Origin: Stegostoma tigrinum
Taxonomy: Eukaryota
DNA: 64,000 nt
Reading direction: 5' to 3'
Assembly: GCF_030684315.1 (NCBI RefSeq)
Contig: NC_081369.1
Coordinates: 9,338,035 to 9,402,034, forward strand
A program made the position numbers and the translations under genes. How positions within the stretch are numbered: the first letter of the stretch is position 1; every line of letters begins with the position of its first letter. The notes under the pieces were generated by a model. That model was not told where the DNA came from, did no database searches, and worked only from the letters and a program-made list of their open reading frames with translations. This document shows, piece by piece, positions 1 to 12,845 of the stretch.

Positions 1-654
1 CAAGCAAACCAGCCATTAACTTATTGAGAGGTGAAACACATTTGAGGAACTGATTGGGCTTCTGCTACAATTTCATACAAGTGTACATTCTTATTTTCAT
101 ACAACATTTGGAACATCATGAGCTCTTTCGTATCCAGTGCGCAGAATTCAGCTGATTATTCAGCTACTTTACATTGTGCATCATTTCATGCCCCAGTCAT
201 TTACACTTTGTAGAATTTCATTTTCTTTTTATGTTCAATTGATTAATTTGTACGCAGACTTATAATATCCATGCACATCACTGCCTAGAATCTTCTACCC
301 TTTATTTTCAGTATGCCCGATCTAATGCTCAATATTTTTAACACATTCAACTATGAATTTCTGTGTCCTCACCAAATTCACACATTCTATTGCATTCAAA
401 AGCTGAATGATGCAACTACTTACATTGCTGTGATAAAAATCATATTATGTGATTATGTTAACTTAATATTCAAGCCTAATTAAAATAATTTTTTAACAAC
501 ATGTTGACCTTAACAAAGAGTTCAACAAACAGACCACATGGAATTATTTCAGCAGAATAATTAGAAAGGAGATGACAAAAGATTGTTTTCACCCCGAGGC
601 CGGTAAGAATCTTAATATCACTGCTAGTAAGTGTGGTTGAGACCAGCAACTTAC

Positions 655-696
655 ACACTTGAAAAGTCTTTGGATGTCTGTTTTAACACCTATAAC
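655..696 (-). CDS. Candidate 42-nt coding exon of an unidentified minus-strand gene (VIGVKTDIQRLFKC)
   Basis: On the minus strand it has acceptor ttcacttgccttgcAG and donor GTaagt. It is open in phase 0, compatible with the 992-1038 candidate exon. No homology recognised. Confidence 0.3.
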
Positions 697-991
697 CTGC
701 AAGGCAAGTGAACACATGCAGGAAGGTGTGATAATGCTAAGGAGCTTCTCGTTGACTGGCACAGACAAGATATGCACTGATGTTTATCAGTTGCTTGAGT
801 CGTGTCTTATGACAATACTGCCTGGTTCTTGCCTCCAAACATTAGAACTCACGTTCTCTGGCCATTTACTGTTAATTCATTCTTAACATGACTCCTGAGG
901 GCCTGGTGCCTTGTAACATAATAATGCTAGCCTCCTGCCTATCCCCGTCACTACTGACCCCAGCAATGCAGTTTTCAACTTGGAATCCTAC

Positions 992-1038
992 CTCCTTTTC
1001 AATCATTTCATCTCCTCTGATGTTATTCAGTGAAACCA
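992..1038 (-). CDS. Candidate 47-nt coding exon of an unidentified minus-strand gene (VSLNNIRGDEMIEKE)
   Basis: On the minus strand it has acceptor ctccactctttcacAG and donor GAG|GTagga. Only the phase 1->0 frame is open. Confidence 0.3.
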
Positions 1039-2372
1039 CTGTGAAAGAGTGGAGAGCTGACTGTACCGCATGAGTTTAGCATGATTCAGTTCAGCTTCAG
1101 GCTGAATGCAGACAAAACAAACAGTCTTGGGAAAATCATTCAGCTTCATGCTATAGTCATGCTAATAAAGGTCTCTGGTGGAATGGGTTTGGGTAAGTCA
1201 TGAGGCCTGTACCCGAGCCTTGGGGAAGCAAATTGTTCAGCCATAAAAAAAAACTCAACATTTGGAAATTTGCAGATCAAGGTGTCAAAATCTTAAATAC
1301 AGCTGACTACATTTTAAAAAAGCAGGTTCTAAACTAGATATTACTGTATATTATAATGCTAGTGAATCAATTCCCTTCAGCATACATACTGAAGCCATTT
1401 GTAATGATGAGGCTAAGAACTTAATTCATTCACAAAACATATTGTCTTCCCATATCATAAGGAACGTCAAGAGTAATTGAATCTCTCTTTGCTTCTCCAC
1501 ACAGAAAGGTGACATGTGGGGATAAGATATTACACGACTAAATTTACTTGAGTAGCATTGCTCTTGACTCAGTGTTGGCAATCAATATCATGTGACACAT
1601 CAATAATGTGTGCTGTTATTGTCAATCTTGGCCTTGTTTCCTTTTAAGTGTTTTCATTGAATGGAAAATTTGTCGTTTGGTTACTTTTAGATATGTTGGC
1701 GCTGTAAATAAATGAAACCACCTGAAATATTTCAGTTATTGTGTGAAATTAGTAGCATGAGAGATTGTGCAATTCTAATGGTTTTCAAAATGTGTTGTGC
1801 AACTGAGCAATTGTAGGTCAGATATGAAGCTACTGCTTCCTGCCATTCTACTCCAAAGACTGACTGATAAAAATCACGAAGGCATGTTTCTAACCTCGAA
1901 GGGTATGCAATAATACTTAGCTTATTGTTTTAATGGAGAAATTTGTCATGTCGTAGCTTAACTTAGGCCCAACATAATTAGGATCTTCTGCATCAAGATT
2001 ACCAATCTAACTTGAATCATCAGCTGATACATTAGACACCATATAGGGTGCCCAATGAATGCTCCCAACCTTGTTGATCAGCTGCAAATTACTGTAATAC
2101 TCGGTATATGTATTATCAGATGTGTTCATTTTTAGATTGAAGAACAAACAAAACACAATAGAGTACTGAATAGAGTACAATTTTCTGCAACTTAAATAAA
2201 AAAAAACTCTCGATTCTGCAAATCATATGTTAGTTATTTTACGTGGAACGTGCCTTCACTTTCACAGAATTGGATTGCACTGTGACGATGCTGAAGTTCA
2301 GGCAAATTGAATAAGTAAGTAGACAAACAAATAAGTTAATAAGTAAATGTTACAGCAAAATATCTGCAACTG

Positions 2373-2640
2373 GAGATAATAGGAACTGCAGATGCCGGAG
2401 AATCCGAGATAACAAGGTAAAGAAATGGATGAACACAGCAGGCCAAGCAGCATCAGAGGAGCAGGAAGGCTGACATTTTGGGCCTCGACCCTTCATCAGA
2501 AAAGGGAGAGGGGAAGAGGTTTCTGAAATAAATAGGGAGAGAGGGGGAGGCGGATTGAAGATGGATATAGGAGAAGACAAGTGGACTTTGCCCCTGCAGT
2601 GGTCGAGAATGCCCTCGACCGTGTCTCCCGCATTTCCCTC
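2373..2640 (-). mobile_element. Penelope-like element terminal repeat (pLTR) fragment with degenerate hammerhead motif
   Basis: Reverse complement of the same ~180-bp terminus seen at 41890-42078 and 44265-44410. The sequence at 2605-2640 matches the Penelope body at 40156-40190. Confidence 0.8.
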
Positions 2641-3733
2641 AACATATATCGCTGGAAAACTCAGGGTATCATGGGCATTTGATTGGAGCCGTATATTAAG
2701 AGGGCAACTGAGTCCCACATGAAGGCCTGATTCAGAGTGGTCTCTCACCTCTTCCACATATATGGTAATAGAGCTTTGAATAAAGATCACTTATGCTGAG
2801 GAACATAGGCTGTAAGCCTCCTCTTTGGTACTTCTCCATGCAATAGTAGCCATTGGGCAGTCTTCAGTATCTTCAATAATCTGGAAACCCAAACAGTAGC
2901 CATCCATTCCACTTCAAGCAGATTGGATTAATTAATGGTGGGGCTTACTGCTGATTGAAAGGGGTGTGTTGAAAACTCCTTGACATCAATATATCAACAG
3001 CCTTCTTCATCCTGTTTGGAAATGTGTGTTATAATTAACAAAGGAAAAGCTTACATCTGTTGTTAAATTTCCCTTTTTGAAAACACCTTAATATCAGTTT
3101 TCTCAGATTTTAGAATCTAATTTTCTTCAAAGAAAATTGCATTTTCAAATTCTAATTTCTCGGCTACTTGCATACTTCCATACCAAAATACATTTAAGAT
3201 GAGCAAATTTTTAACATCCGGAATTAGAGAGACACTTCATGTCTCGAACATATGTGGAAGTTCACTCTGGCCAGAAAATGAAATTTTAAACATAATAATT
3301 TAGAAATAGTTACCCATGAGTCCTTGCTTAAGCCAAACACAAGACATATTGTACACTAATTTGGGGAAAGAGAAAATAATTTATGCTCTTTCAATTAACT
3401 TTACTCCTTCAATTAACTTTAATCAACAATGGCCAAATACAAATTTTTACTTTTATAAAACTTTAACAAAAACATTTTAAATCAAATCATCATCGCAGAT
3501 GTTTGCATTCAACATCTACTGGTAGATCCTTAAAAAGACAGTCCATTAATGGTACATGTTGCACACTGGCACAGGCACACAGCACACTTTCAAATCACTA
3601 TATATTCTCAAAATTCAAAGTAAATTCAAAGTATTCACAGATCTTGACCCCCAGGAGACAAAACATACAAATTACACAAGACAACTTTTAACAACCAATA
3701 AATGAAAATGCATACAAATCATACCACAAAGAG

Positions 3734-4297
3734 CATAGAACATACATCGAACATTACAGCACAGTACAGGCCCTTCGGCCCTCGATGTTGTGCCGACCTG
3801 TCATACCAATCTGAAGCCCATCTAACCTACACTATTCCATGTATGTCTGTATGCTTATCCAATGATGACTTAAATGTACCCAAAGTTGGCGAATCTACTA
3901 CCGTTGCAGGCAAAGCGTTCCATTCCCTTACTACTCTCTGAGTAAAGAAACTACCTCTGACATCTGTCCTATATCTTTCACCCCTCAATTTAAAGCTATG
4001 CCCCCTCGTGCTTGCCGTCACCATCCTAGGAAGAAGGCTCTCCCTATCCACTCTAGCTAACCCTCTGATTATTTTATATGTTTCAATTAAGTCACCTCTC
4101 AACCTTCTTCTCTCTAATGAAAACAGCCTCAAGTCCCTCAGCCTTTCCTTGTAAGACCTTCCCTCCATACCAGGCAACATCTTAGTGAATCTCCTCTGCA
4201 CCCTTTCCAAAGCTTCCACATCCTTCTTAAAATGCGGTGACCAGAACTGTACGCAATACTCCAAGTGCGGCCGCACCAGAGTTTTGTACAGCTGCAG
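3734..4297 (-). mobile_element. CR1/HER1 LINE 3' fragment (ORF2 C-terminus and tail), young copy
   Basis: ORF 3827-4315 encodes LYKTLVRPHLEYCVQFWSP...ERRRLRGDLIETYKII...RGH...FFTQRVV..WN.LP, a CR1 ORF2 C-terminal signature. It is nearly identical to 16390-16942 and has a (TTCTATG)-like tail. Confidence 0.95.
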
Positions 4298-4929
4298 CAG
4301 TGGTAATGCTGGCACTCACATTCAACTCTGGACAAGAAAGAGTTATTACCTCTGTCAAACACGAACTCTGATCTCTCTCTCTCCCCTTCAAGATTTATAA
4401 ATATTGAGAAAATCACAGTGCAGCTTCACATTCCAAGATAAAAGGGTGACTTTTGTTTTTATTTTCAGTGTTCTCTTTACCAGTGATCCCTCCTTTTTGT
4501 TTTGATACAAATGGGCCCTTTGGATCATTTGCTATCCCCAAGTTAAAATTATGGGCTGCCCCATGGTAAATTAATAATGTATTAACATGGTACCTTTAAC
4601 TCGTTTCATCTCTATATTTCTCGCTGTAGCTTGGGGTCTGGTCCTTGAATGCAATCATCCCTTGCAACCTTCTACAACTGTTTTTGCTTCAGTCAAAAGC
4701 GTTGTGGTTCCCTGTTACTATCCTCTTCATCAAGTAATTGATTTATCAGTCTCTGGGGCTTTGTCTTTGTGAACAGCTCCAGGGATCATTAACTAGCTAA
4801 CACATGCCAGAAAATTTGGCAATGTTGGTCAGTTCCGACAGTCCAAAGCGAGTGGCATAGTTAATATCTTGATCTGTCCATCCTCTGCTCTGTCTTGTTA
4901 CTACAGATGCCATCGGAGCGGATGGACAT

Positions 4930-5556
4930 GTGGCATGCTTTCCTTCAACGGACGGGGTATTGAGTACAAGAGTTGGCAGGTCACGTTACAGTTGTATAAG
5001 ACTTTGGTTCGGCCACGTTTAGAGTACTGTGTACAGTTCTGGTCACCACATTAGCAAAAGGATGTGGATGCTTTGGAGAGGGTGCAGAGGAGGTTCACCA
5101 GGATGTTGCCTGGTATGGAGGGTGCTAGCTATAAAGAGAGATTGAGTAGATTATGATTATTTTCATTAGAAAGACAGAGATTGAGGAGAGACCTGATTGA
5201 GGTCTGCAAAATCATGAGGGGTATAGACAGAGTGGATAGCAAGAAGCTTTTTCCCAGAGTGGGGGACTCAATCACTAGGGGTCATGAGTTCAAAGTGAGG
5301 GGAGGAAAGTTTAAGGGAGATATGTGTGGAAAGTTCTTTATGCAGAGGGTGGTGGGTGCATGGAACGCGTTGCCAGCGGAAGTGGTAGACACAGGCACGT
5401 TAGTGTCTTTTAAGATATATCTGGACAGGTACATGGATGGGTGGGGAGCAAATGGACACAGACCCTTAGAAAATAGATGACAGGCTTGACAGAGGATCTC
5501 GATTGGCTCAGGCTTGGAGGGCCGAAGGGTCTGTTCCTGTACTGTAATTTTCTTTG
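4930..5556 (+). mobile_element. CR1 LINE 3' fragment
   Basis: RGIEYKS..LQLYKTLVRPRLEYCVQFWSPH, then RDLIEVCKIMRG..RGH..WNALP with stops. The CR1 3' tail ggccgaagggtctgttcctgtactgta is present. Confidence 0.93.
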
Positions 5557-6599
5557 TTCTTTGTTGGTCTTTGTTGATCTGGGTACTCCCCTTTTCTTTC
5601 AAAAGGGGCAGGCACTCCCTTTACTGTTTATCTTCTTTCGTGTACTGAGCAGAGTCACATGCTGAACTTTCTCAAACTACTTTTCCATCACAAGCTTTGC
5701 TCTACATTTCAGGTAAAAAAACCATACATTATTCTGTTCTAAGTAGCGAGCTGGCTTTGTCAATTTTCTATTTTGACATTTTCATGATCTCCAGTGTTAC
5801 TTTTATTCTCCTTATCTGTTTAGTATGCTAGATTCGTAACAGTCTTCAAATTATTGTTTTGCTTTTTCATTGCTTCTTCCCCCTCATGATCTTGTTTAAA
5901 TACTTCCTCACTTTATTCCCCACCCTGTCTAATTTCTTGTGCCGTGTTTCACACTCCTTCATGTCATTGAGATTATTTTCAGCTTTCTCTGTAAAACCCG
6001 TTTATCTCCCTTTGAAGGTCATCTGTCTTGGCTCGAATCTCCAGCCTTTCCCACTGGCTTTCTGCCAGGTCCTTCAACAGACTGCCTGACAGAGCATTCT
6101 GCAAGTTTTTATTTGTGACAATCTTCCAAAGGTTTCTCCCGTGGTTTTCCCTTCATCTCTGGCTCAATAAACAGACTCCCTGCATTTTGGCTACTTCCCA
6201 ATTACACGCATTTGGAGGAAGTGCTCTAATGAAAATGCCCAAGTCCCCAGGACTCCGGGGTCCCTTTTGCTTCATCACTCTGGATTAAGTCTGATTCGAT
6301 TTGCCATTGACTCAATGGTCCTCAAATGGAATATTTCTGCCTGAGACAAGTCAAATTACTTAGCCTCAGATTTAAGTTCTCTCTGTGTTTTGCCAATCAG
6401 GCCCAACTTGAGTTCCTGCTGACTCAATGGTCCTTTAAGTCCACTGTCTCTTCCAGAGACAGTTGTTAGTGACAGTGGAATTTAGACTGTTTGTTGTAAC
6501 TCCTTCTCCTTCTTCATACCCCTTTGAAGCCCAAGTGAATGTTTCCATTTAGGAGTCGATCTGGATTTGTTGAATCAATGAAACTGCTTCTTCTAGACG

Positions 6600-6617
6600 G
6601 CCCTCACAGGGACGCCA
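6600..6617 (-). other. Primer binding site complementary to the tRNA-Asn(GTT) 3' end
   Basis: Minus strand TGGCGTCCCTGtGaGGGC versus the expected TGGCGTCCCTGGGTGGGC, a 16/18 match. Confidence 0.7.
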
Positions 6618-6743
6618 ATTCATGTTGCTGGGTCACTGCCCTCGAAAAAGTTACTGTCTTGGCATGAAGAGGACAAGTGCCAAGTTTGGATCAACTAACT
6701 GCTAACTTTATTAATTTAGTTAAGCAGGCATGCGATTCACGTG

Positions 6744-6986
6744 AAATAAAACAGAAATTGCTAGAAAAGCTCAGCAGGTCTGGCAGCGTCTGGAAAGGTA
6801 AATAAAAAGAGTTAATGTTTCAGGTCCGGTGACCCTTCCTCAGGAGAGTTCGGAGGAAGTATCACCGGACTGGAAATGTTAACTTTGTCTTTTCCTTCTC
6901 AGATGCTGCCAGACCTGCTGAGCTTTTCCAGCAATTTCTGCTTTGTTTCCTGATTTACAGCATCCACAGCTCTTTCAGTCTTTATT
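6744..6986. mobile_element. Palindromic insertion of two inverted Penelope-type terminal repeats (second family), each with a hammerhead-like core
   Basis: 6749-6843 is the reverse complement of 6850-6948. It is flanked by ATGCGATTCACGTG (6730-6743) and ATGCAATTCACATG (6987-7000), a likely TSD with two CpG transitions. Confidence 0.8.
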
Positions 6987-7299
6987 ATGCAATTCACATG
7001 GTTTGGTTAAGAAACTGTTAACAGCAGGCTTGCAATTCATGTAAGGCTAAAATCCAAAAGCACATGCACTAATTTTCCAGTAACGTTGTGTGAATAGTCA
7101 ATAAAAATAAAGGCTATTACCCAAGGATCACTGTCCAGGCCACTTCTCTCAAGTCTTCGGGCTATCTTTGTGTTTTCAGCATGGGGCTCACAACATTGAT
7201 TGCCAGAGTCTTCACTGACGACATGCCTAAATCATTCATTTTTATTCCTTTTCCTTATCATCTTAAACTGTAGTGTCTTCTCCATGTTGCTTCTTGGCT

Positions 7300-10200
7300 C
7301 ATCTGATGAGGTAGTGTCTTTCCAACAGCTTCAGCTTGGGGGCCGTGGATGACTCTGGTCGAGTTCAGCCAACATGTGGCGCGACCTTTGCTTCCAGAAT
7401 CACCATGCTCCCCCTAATAATGCACCATCCTCTCCTAAAATCTATTCTGCCCGTGTCTAAAAACATTTCAGTTGTGGTTGTGACAGCCCGTTGGTTTCCC
7501 CCATCACTACTAGTTGTTTCAGCTTTTCCAGAATCTGGTCTTTCCACATCTGAAGCCTGAATCTTTCAGCTGCGAGAGAGTGTGTATAGAAAATTGAAAT
7601 CATTTCAGATGCTTCCAGTGGCTGTACCACTAGTGGTGTAGCTGCCAGTAGGAGGCGGCGCAATTCACCCACATTTGTAAATTTGCCACCCAGTCAGTAT
7701 TCCAATTTGAAATGATACACACTTATTATTAGACCCCACGACTGAATGTGGCCTGAAGCTATCAGCCTTGTCCTCTTTAATTGGACCTAGAAGGGGTTTG
7801 TGATTGGTTATTATTACAAATTTACATCCATGATGGTATTGATGGAATTTCCTGACTCCAGATATGACTGCCAAATCTCCCTTCTCTATCTGGGCATGTT
7901 TACACTCTGTATTAGCCAAAGTCCTGGAAGTATACGCTATTGGCCGTTCCTTTCCACTGGACCATCACTGAGCCAATAACACCCGGAGGCCATGCAGAGA
8001 GGCATCGTATGTACATCTCACTTGGAATTATAGTATGCCAACCCCTCAGCGAATGATAGCTATTTCTTCAGTTTTCTGAAAGATTTGACTTGGCCACGTG
8101 ACCATTTCCAAGGCTGATGCTTTTCGGGAATTGATGCGAAGGTGCCAGGATGGAAGCTAGGTTATGCGTGAACTTTCTGTAATAATTCGCTCGCACAAGG
8201 AAATACATAATTTCTTGTACAGCCATGGGGATAGACACATTCAATCATTCTCACATTATCTTCTGATTTCTGTAACCCTGTTTAGGCCACTTAGGGTGCC
8301 TGGAACACACAGTTTCACTTTCTAATGCATGGACACACCTGGCAAAAATGTCTAAGGAATATGTCCACCTTCCCTGAATGCTCCTGATTGGTCTTCCCCA
8401 TTGTGACGTGACATTGACGTAAGTGTCAACTTAGACTGGCTATGCAGTATGTTCTGCATCATCCACAGAAATATTGCACAGGCTGATTGCACCTGAAATG
8501 GCAGTCTCGTATATTGGTCCAACTCTTATCTGTAATATTTGCAGCACACTTCTGGAAATCCTCAGCAAATTGCAACTGCAAGTATGCATGGCTTATGTCC
8601 AGGTTTGTGAATGGCAGTCCCCTACTATCTATATGTATAAATCCTCTGTTTGAGGGAATAGGCATTAAACGCTGCAAATATGTTTATTGTCTGTTTACGA
8701 TCCCCATTAAGGTAAATTGATGCATTGGGTTTCAAAATTGATACAACCAATGCTGCCTTTCTGCTAATTGGAGTGGTTTGATGGTTCATTTGCTTTTCAA
8801 CCTTCTGCTTTCTGTCTCTACTTTTGCATGTAAGACCAACGGCTCCAGGCAGCCTTGCAGATTTGTGGAGTTTTTCCTGGTCAACATGCAAGGCTGCCTT
8901 GGCTCCTTTGATGGTCCCTAGTATTTCCTGAAAAACGTTCGGGTATTTGATTAGGACTTCACACAGGCAGCAATACGTTGAACCAATCTAAGCGAACCTC
9001 TGTCAACCAATGTCGCCCCATCAAGCGTGGTCCCAAACTTTTTTCTACAATCAGCTGAACCAGCTGCTTCTCATAAGGGACCAGAATTGAAATTGTTCTC
9101 TTAACCTGTAAAAATTTCCCAGTGTAGTGTTTCAGTGTAGCCGAGGTCTTGTGGAAACGTAAATATTGGAGACCAGAGCAAATTTTGTTCATGTTGGGTT
9201 CTGCAATCACTGAAACAGGCACACTATTATCAACCCCCATTATAATTGGATGATTATTTCAACAGATGTTTATTTTGACTGCTTTCGTTTGCATGTTGCT
9301 CAGCAATTTAACTGTCCCAAACCAGATGTAGGTTGACTTTCAAGGTTACGCACTCTCCTGGATATAGGTGTATGAGTTGCCTTACTCAATTTAGGTCCAG
9401 TAGGACTGCTTCTCTGTCTCGGGTCTGTATGGCAACAGCAAATTCAATGGCTTGCTGACCCAAAACCTGAGGAAATTTTAAAATTTTGACCAAGGTTTGG
9501 CTTTGATTTGGGGTTTTGCTGTTGGCTGACCTAATGTTCCTCTATTCAGGATATGTCTTGGCTGTGGTTATCCAACTGCCTTGACTTAAATATTCTTCCC
9601 CAAGCTCAGTCAGACTGGCTAGAGTCTCCAATTCCATTGAAATACCTTGCAACACACTTTCTGCATTTTTCAATGAGAAAGCCTGTTGTAGTTTCTCTTT
9701 GACGTCCAGTTAGGCTTCAGTCTCCAGATGCTTTTGAATGGTGGCTTCATTAAACCCACATACAAACCAGTCTCTCGGTGGCTCATGGCTAAATAAACAA
9801 GAGCCACATGCCTCTTCAACCCGTCTTAACCTCGTCAAAAATCCTGAAATAGAATCTCCTTATTTTCGAATTGCTGAATAAAAGCCATCGAATTAGAGGA
9901 AGCTTTGTTTTTTAATATTATTTACCTAAATTGGTAAACTCTTTAAATGTTTTAAGATCTAGTGTCTCAGGGAAAATTAGGCACCTGATAACTGAAAAAA
10001 TCTGAGGATCCTCAAGCTGTCAGAAGAATTACTCATTACATTCCATGTCTGAGAAAATAAAACCATTCTTTCTAAATATTTGCTGCAGGTTTCAACAGCA
10101 GGGTCAAATGACTCATGCTTCACAAATGATGGCCTGATGCCTGAAATTCTTCTCCCAACTCAAAAACATTGCATTCAAATTTCTTCAGGATTGTGTTTTA

Positions 10201-10446
10201 CTATCATCACCTCAGAAATAACCCACAGAGGCTAGTATCCCATCACGAGATCACCCTTTATTTACACTTGGAAAGTCTTTGACACTGATTGACTCTCCCA
10301 ACGCTAGCCTTCAGAGTAAACAGAACCTCTGATACTCCTGTTTATACCTGTCAGCCAGGGTTCCCTGATCAGTATGATTATCGGCCCCAGTGAGGGAACT
10401 CATTTTTTATGTTGTCCACTTGGACGACCTTTTTACAATCAGTACA
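7300..10446 (-). mobile_element. Decayed Ty3/Gypsy LTR retrotransposon (5' LTR ~10213-10446, gag, protease, RT, RNase H, start of integrase)
   Basis: Gag-like ESFDPAVET..YLER (~10070-10115) and RLVCG. Protease-like MGVDNSVPVSVI (8959-9240). RT NLDISHAYLQL (8459-8677). RNase H EKGDLAVISGVRKFHQY..G.KF.IITNHKPLLG (7665-7919). There are many stops and frameshifts. The LTR resembles 50985-51200 and 51640-51760. Confidence 0.9.
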
Positions 10447-10619
10447 GCTGTCATTTACCAAGAAAAGGAAACAGGTGAAATTTCAAATTGTGTATTTTGT
10501 ATTGTACTTCAGAGGCCTTCCAACTTGTTCATCTGTATTCAGAGATAATGGGAACTTTGTTTGGAAATGTTTATCTTAGGGTAAGAATGGAAATAATCAG
10601 GTGCTACTCACCTTCGGCA

Positions 10620-10730
10620 GATTTTTGAATTTGCCTTTTTGCCAGTGGGTATGCTTATGGGATTTTACTATATTAGAACAGTGAATTTGTAATGGTTACT
10701 CTATTTATTTCCGTTGAAGTTTCCTTCTTG
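10620..10730 (+). repeat. Dispersed repeat, probable LTR fragment (copy of 12477-12580)
   Basis: gatttttgaatttgcctttttgcca...tatgggattttactatattaga...ctctatttattt is shared with the 12.5 kb copy. Confidence 0.7.
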
Positions 10731-10989
10731 CAACACAGCAGAAACAATATGCATGCCATTTTCCTTTGTTTGGGCCCGTTTCCCCAAATATATTGAGAAA
10801 AATACAGTTTCATCGATTTAATACAGGTATTTTGAACCGTTTGGAGCTGAAGACAAAATGTGTTCTGTCAAATGAAATAAAATAAACCCTATTCACACAG
10901 AACATTACAACCACATACACAGTGGAGAAAAAAGTGTATCAAGGAACAACACAGAGGGATTTCAATTTCATTACAAATAAATCACAAAA

Positions 10990-11680
10990 AGATAGCATAC
11001 AAGTTTAGCAGGTGATAGGGAAGGCAAATAAATTGGTGGCCCTCATTCCAAATGTAATAGAGCATAAAAACGGAGAAATTTTGCCAAAACTATACAAAGC
11101 ACCTGTTACTACAATCCTGGAAGACAGTGAACAGTTTTGTTTTAACAAACGTATCTGCACATTGAAATGATGGCAGTGGAGGCAGCCCAGTGAATATTAT
11201 CCAAGTTGATCCATATACAGAAGTCCTGTCTTACAAGGAGAGGTTGTGTAGGTTGGGCTGTAACCATTGGAGTTTAAAAGAATGACTGGCAACGTCTTAA
11301 AGCATGTACAATTCTTAGGGACTTGACAGGATACATGCAAAAAAAGTTGCTTCTCCTCATGAGATAGTCTAAAACTATAGCCTACTTTAACCTCAGAGAA
11401 ATGGTTCACTCATTTAAGAAAGTGATAAGGAGAAATTTCTCCTGTCAGAGAGTATTGGATCAATTGAATTGTTCACCATAGAGGGCTGTAGAGGTTGAAT
11501 TGCTGAGTATGTTCACGGCTGAAATAGGCAGATTTCTAATCAGTAAGAGTCACAAGGTTGATAGGGAAAAGTTAGAAGAATGAAATTGAAGATGATCAGA
11601 TGTGTCACAGACTGTTTGAATAATAGGACAGACTCAATTGGCCGAATCACCTCCATCTGCTCCTAGGTATTATCTCTTAT
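10990..11680 (+). mobile_element. Old CR1 LINE 3' fragment
   Basis: Degenerate CR1 ORF2 C-terminal nucleotide pattern followed by a CR1-type 3' tail (ggccgaat..cct..tctgctcct). Confidence 0.8.
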
Positions 11681-12019
11681 AGTGTTATGGAACAAAGCCA
11701 CTGAACTGATTAAAGCTATTGCCATGTTAATGAGAAAATCAATAAATTTGAACAGGATTTGGAAAATGTAGGATAACAAAACAGTTGGGGAAAACAGTGA
11801 AAGTTTCTCAAATGATGACTAATTCAGAGGAAATGTGGGAGTGGGGTGTAATTAACCTATGCAGAAGGCAAAAACATATCATGTGGATAAAATAGAAAAT
11901 GATGAGTGAAAGAGCAAAGGTTTTGGAGCAGTTTTCTTAACCTGAAATAAAAAATTCTGTTAGAGCATTACACAAATGTTTGAAGAAGACAACCTGAAAG
12001 CTGATCAGCCCATTGAGTA

Positions 12020-12370
12020 TTGGAGCTTGAGCCTACTTTTGGAGGACTGTATGCAGCTCTGGTTGTTCTGCCAAATGAAGCATATTGTTAAATTGATGCA
12101 GCAACAGAAAATATTTGCAAGTAAGTTCCTGGGCCTGGAGTGTTTGAGTTATAAGGAAAGGCTGGATGTTTTGCACCTCTTACCACTGGAGTATAGGAGA
12201 TTGATGCATGTCCTTAAAGAACTTCATAAAATCATGCGGGGTGTACACAAAGTGAATAGCAATGGTATTTTTCGTAATGTTGTGGAGTTGAAAACTAGAG
12301 GGCATAATTTTAACGTGAGAGGAGAAGGATTTAATAGAGAACTGAGTGTTCGTATGTGAAATGAACTGCG
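12020..12370 (+). mobile_element. Old CR1 LINE fragment
   Basis: LSYKERL..L.LLPLEYRRL...KIMRG...KTRGHNF.VRG in ORF 11976-12359. Confidence 0.85.
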
Positions 12371-12384
12371 AAAGATAGAAGCTG

Positions 12385-12745
12385 CTGAAGAAGTCAAACC
12401 TTTTTTCCCCTCTCTTGCTTCCTGCTAGAAAGTGGGGTTTCTCTTCATTCTACAAATGTTGCATGTAGGAAAGCCTGATTTTTGAATTTGCCTTTTTGCC
12501 AATGGCTATGGTTATGGGATTTTACTATATTAGAGCAGTGAATTAGTAATGGTTGCTCTATTTATTTTCTGTTAAGTTTTCCAGTAGAATTGTTATTCCA
12601 AGTTCTTCCTTCTTTTGTTGAATTTAAACTATAGTTTTGAATACATTGTGTTTTGCTTAATATCAACTAGATTGACCATTCCAATTGCATTTGGACACAG
12701 CATCTCCCATTTACCGTTAAAATAAGAAAATGTTAGGTTCTGGGC
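12385..12745 (+). repeat. Probable solo LTR fragment
   Basis: Shares about 110 bp with 10620-10730. The LTR assignment is inferred from its character only. Confidence 0.5.
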
Positions 12746-12747
12746 TC

Positions 12748-12845
12748 AAAAGCAGAAATTGCTGGAATAGCTCAGCAGCTCTGGCAGCATCTGTGGAGAT
12801 AGAACAGAGTGAGTGCTTTGGTTCAAGTTATCTTTCCTCAGAACT
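12748..12845 (-). mobile_element. Penelope-type terminal repeat fragment (second family)
   Basis: aaaagcagaaattgctggaatagctcagcagctctggcagcatctg...tcctcagaac, homologous to 6749-6843 and 38672-38766. Confidence 0.75.

Larger units (their letters stand above)
5560..7130 (-). mobile_element. Decayed LTR retroelement/ERV 5' region (LTR remnant, PBS, purine-rich leader/gag-like region)
   Basis: A tRNA-Asn-type PBS at 6600-6617 is preceded on the minus strand by ...CA and an AATAAA (6707-6712). The downstream sequence is strongly purine-biased. No protein motif recognised, and the boundaries are uncertain. Confidence 0.45.
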
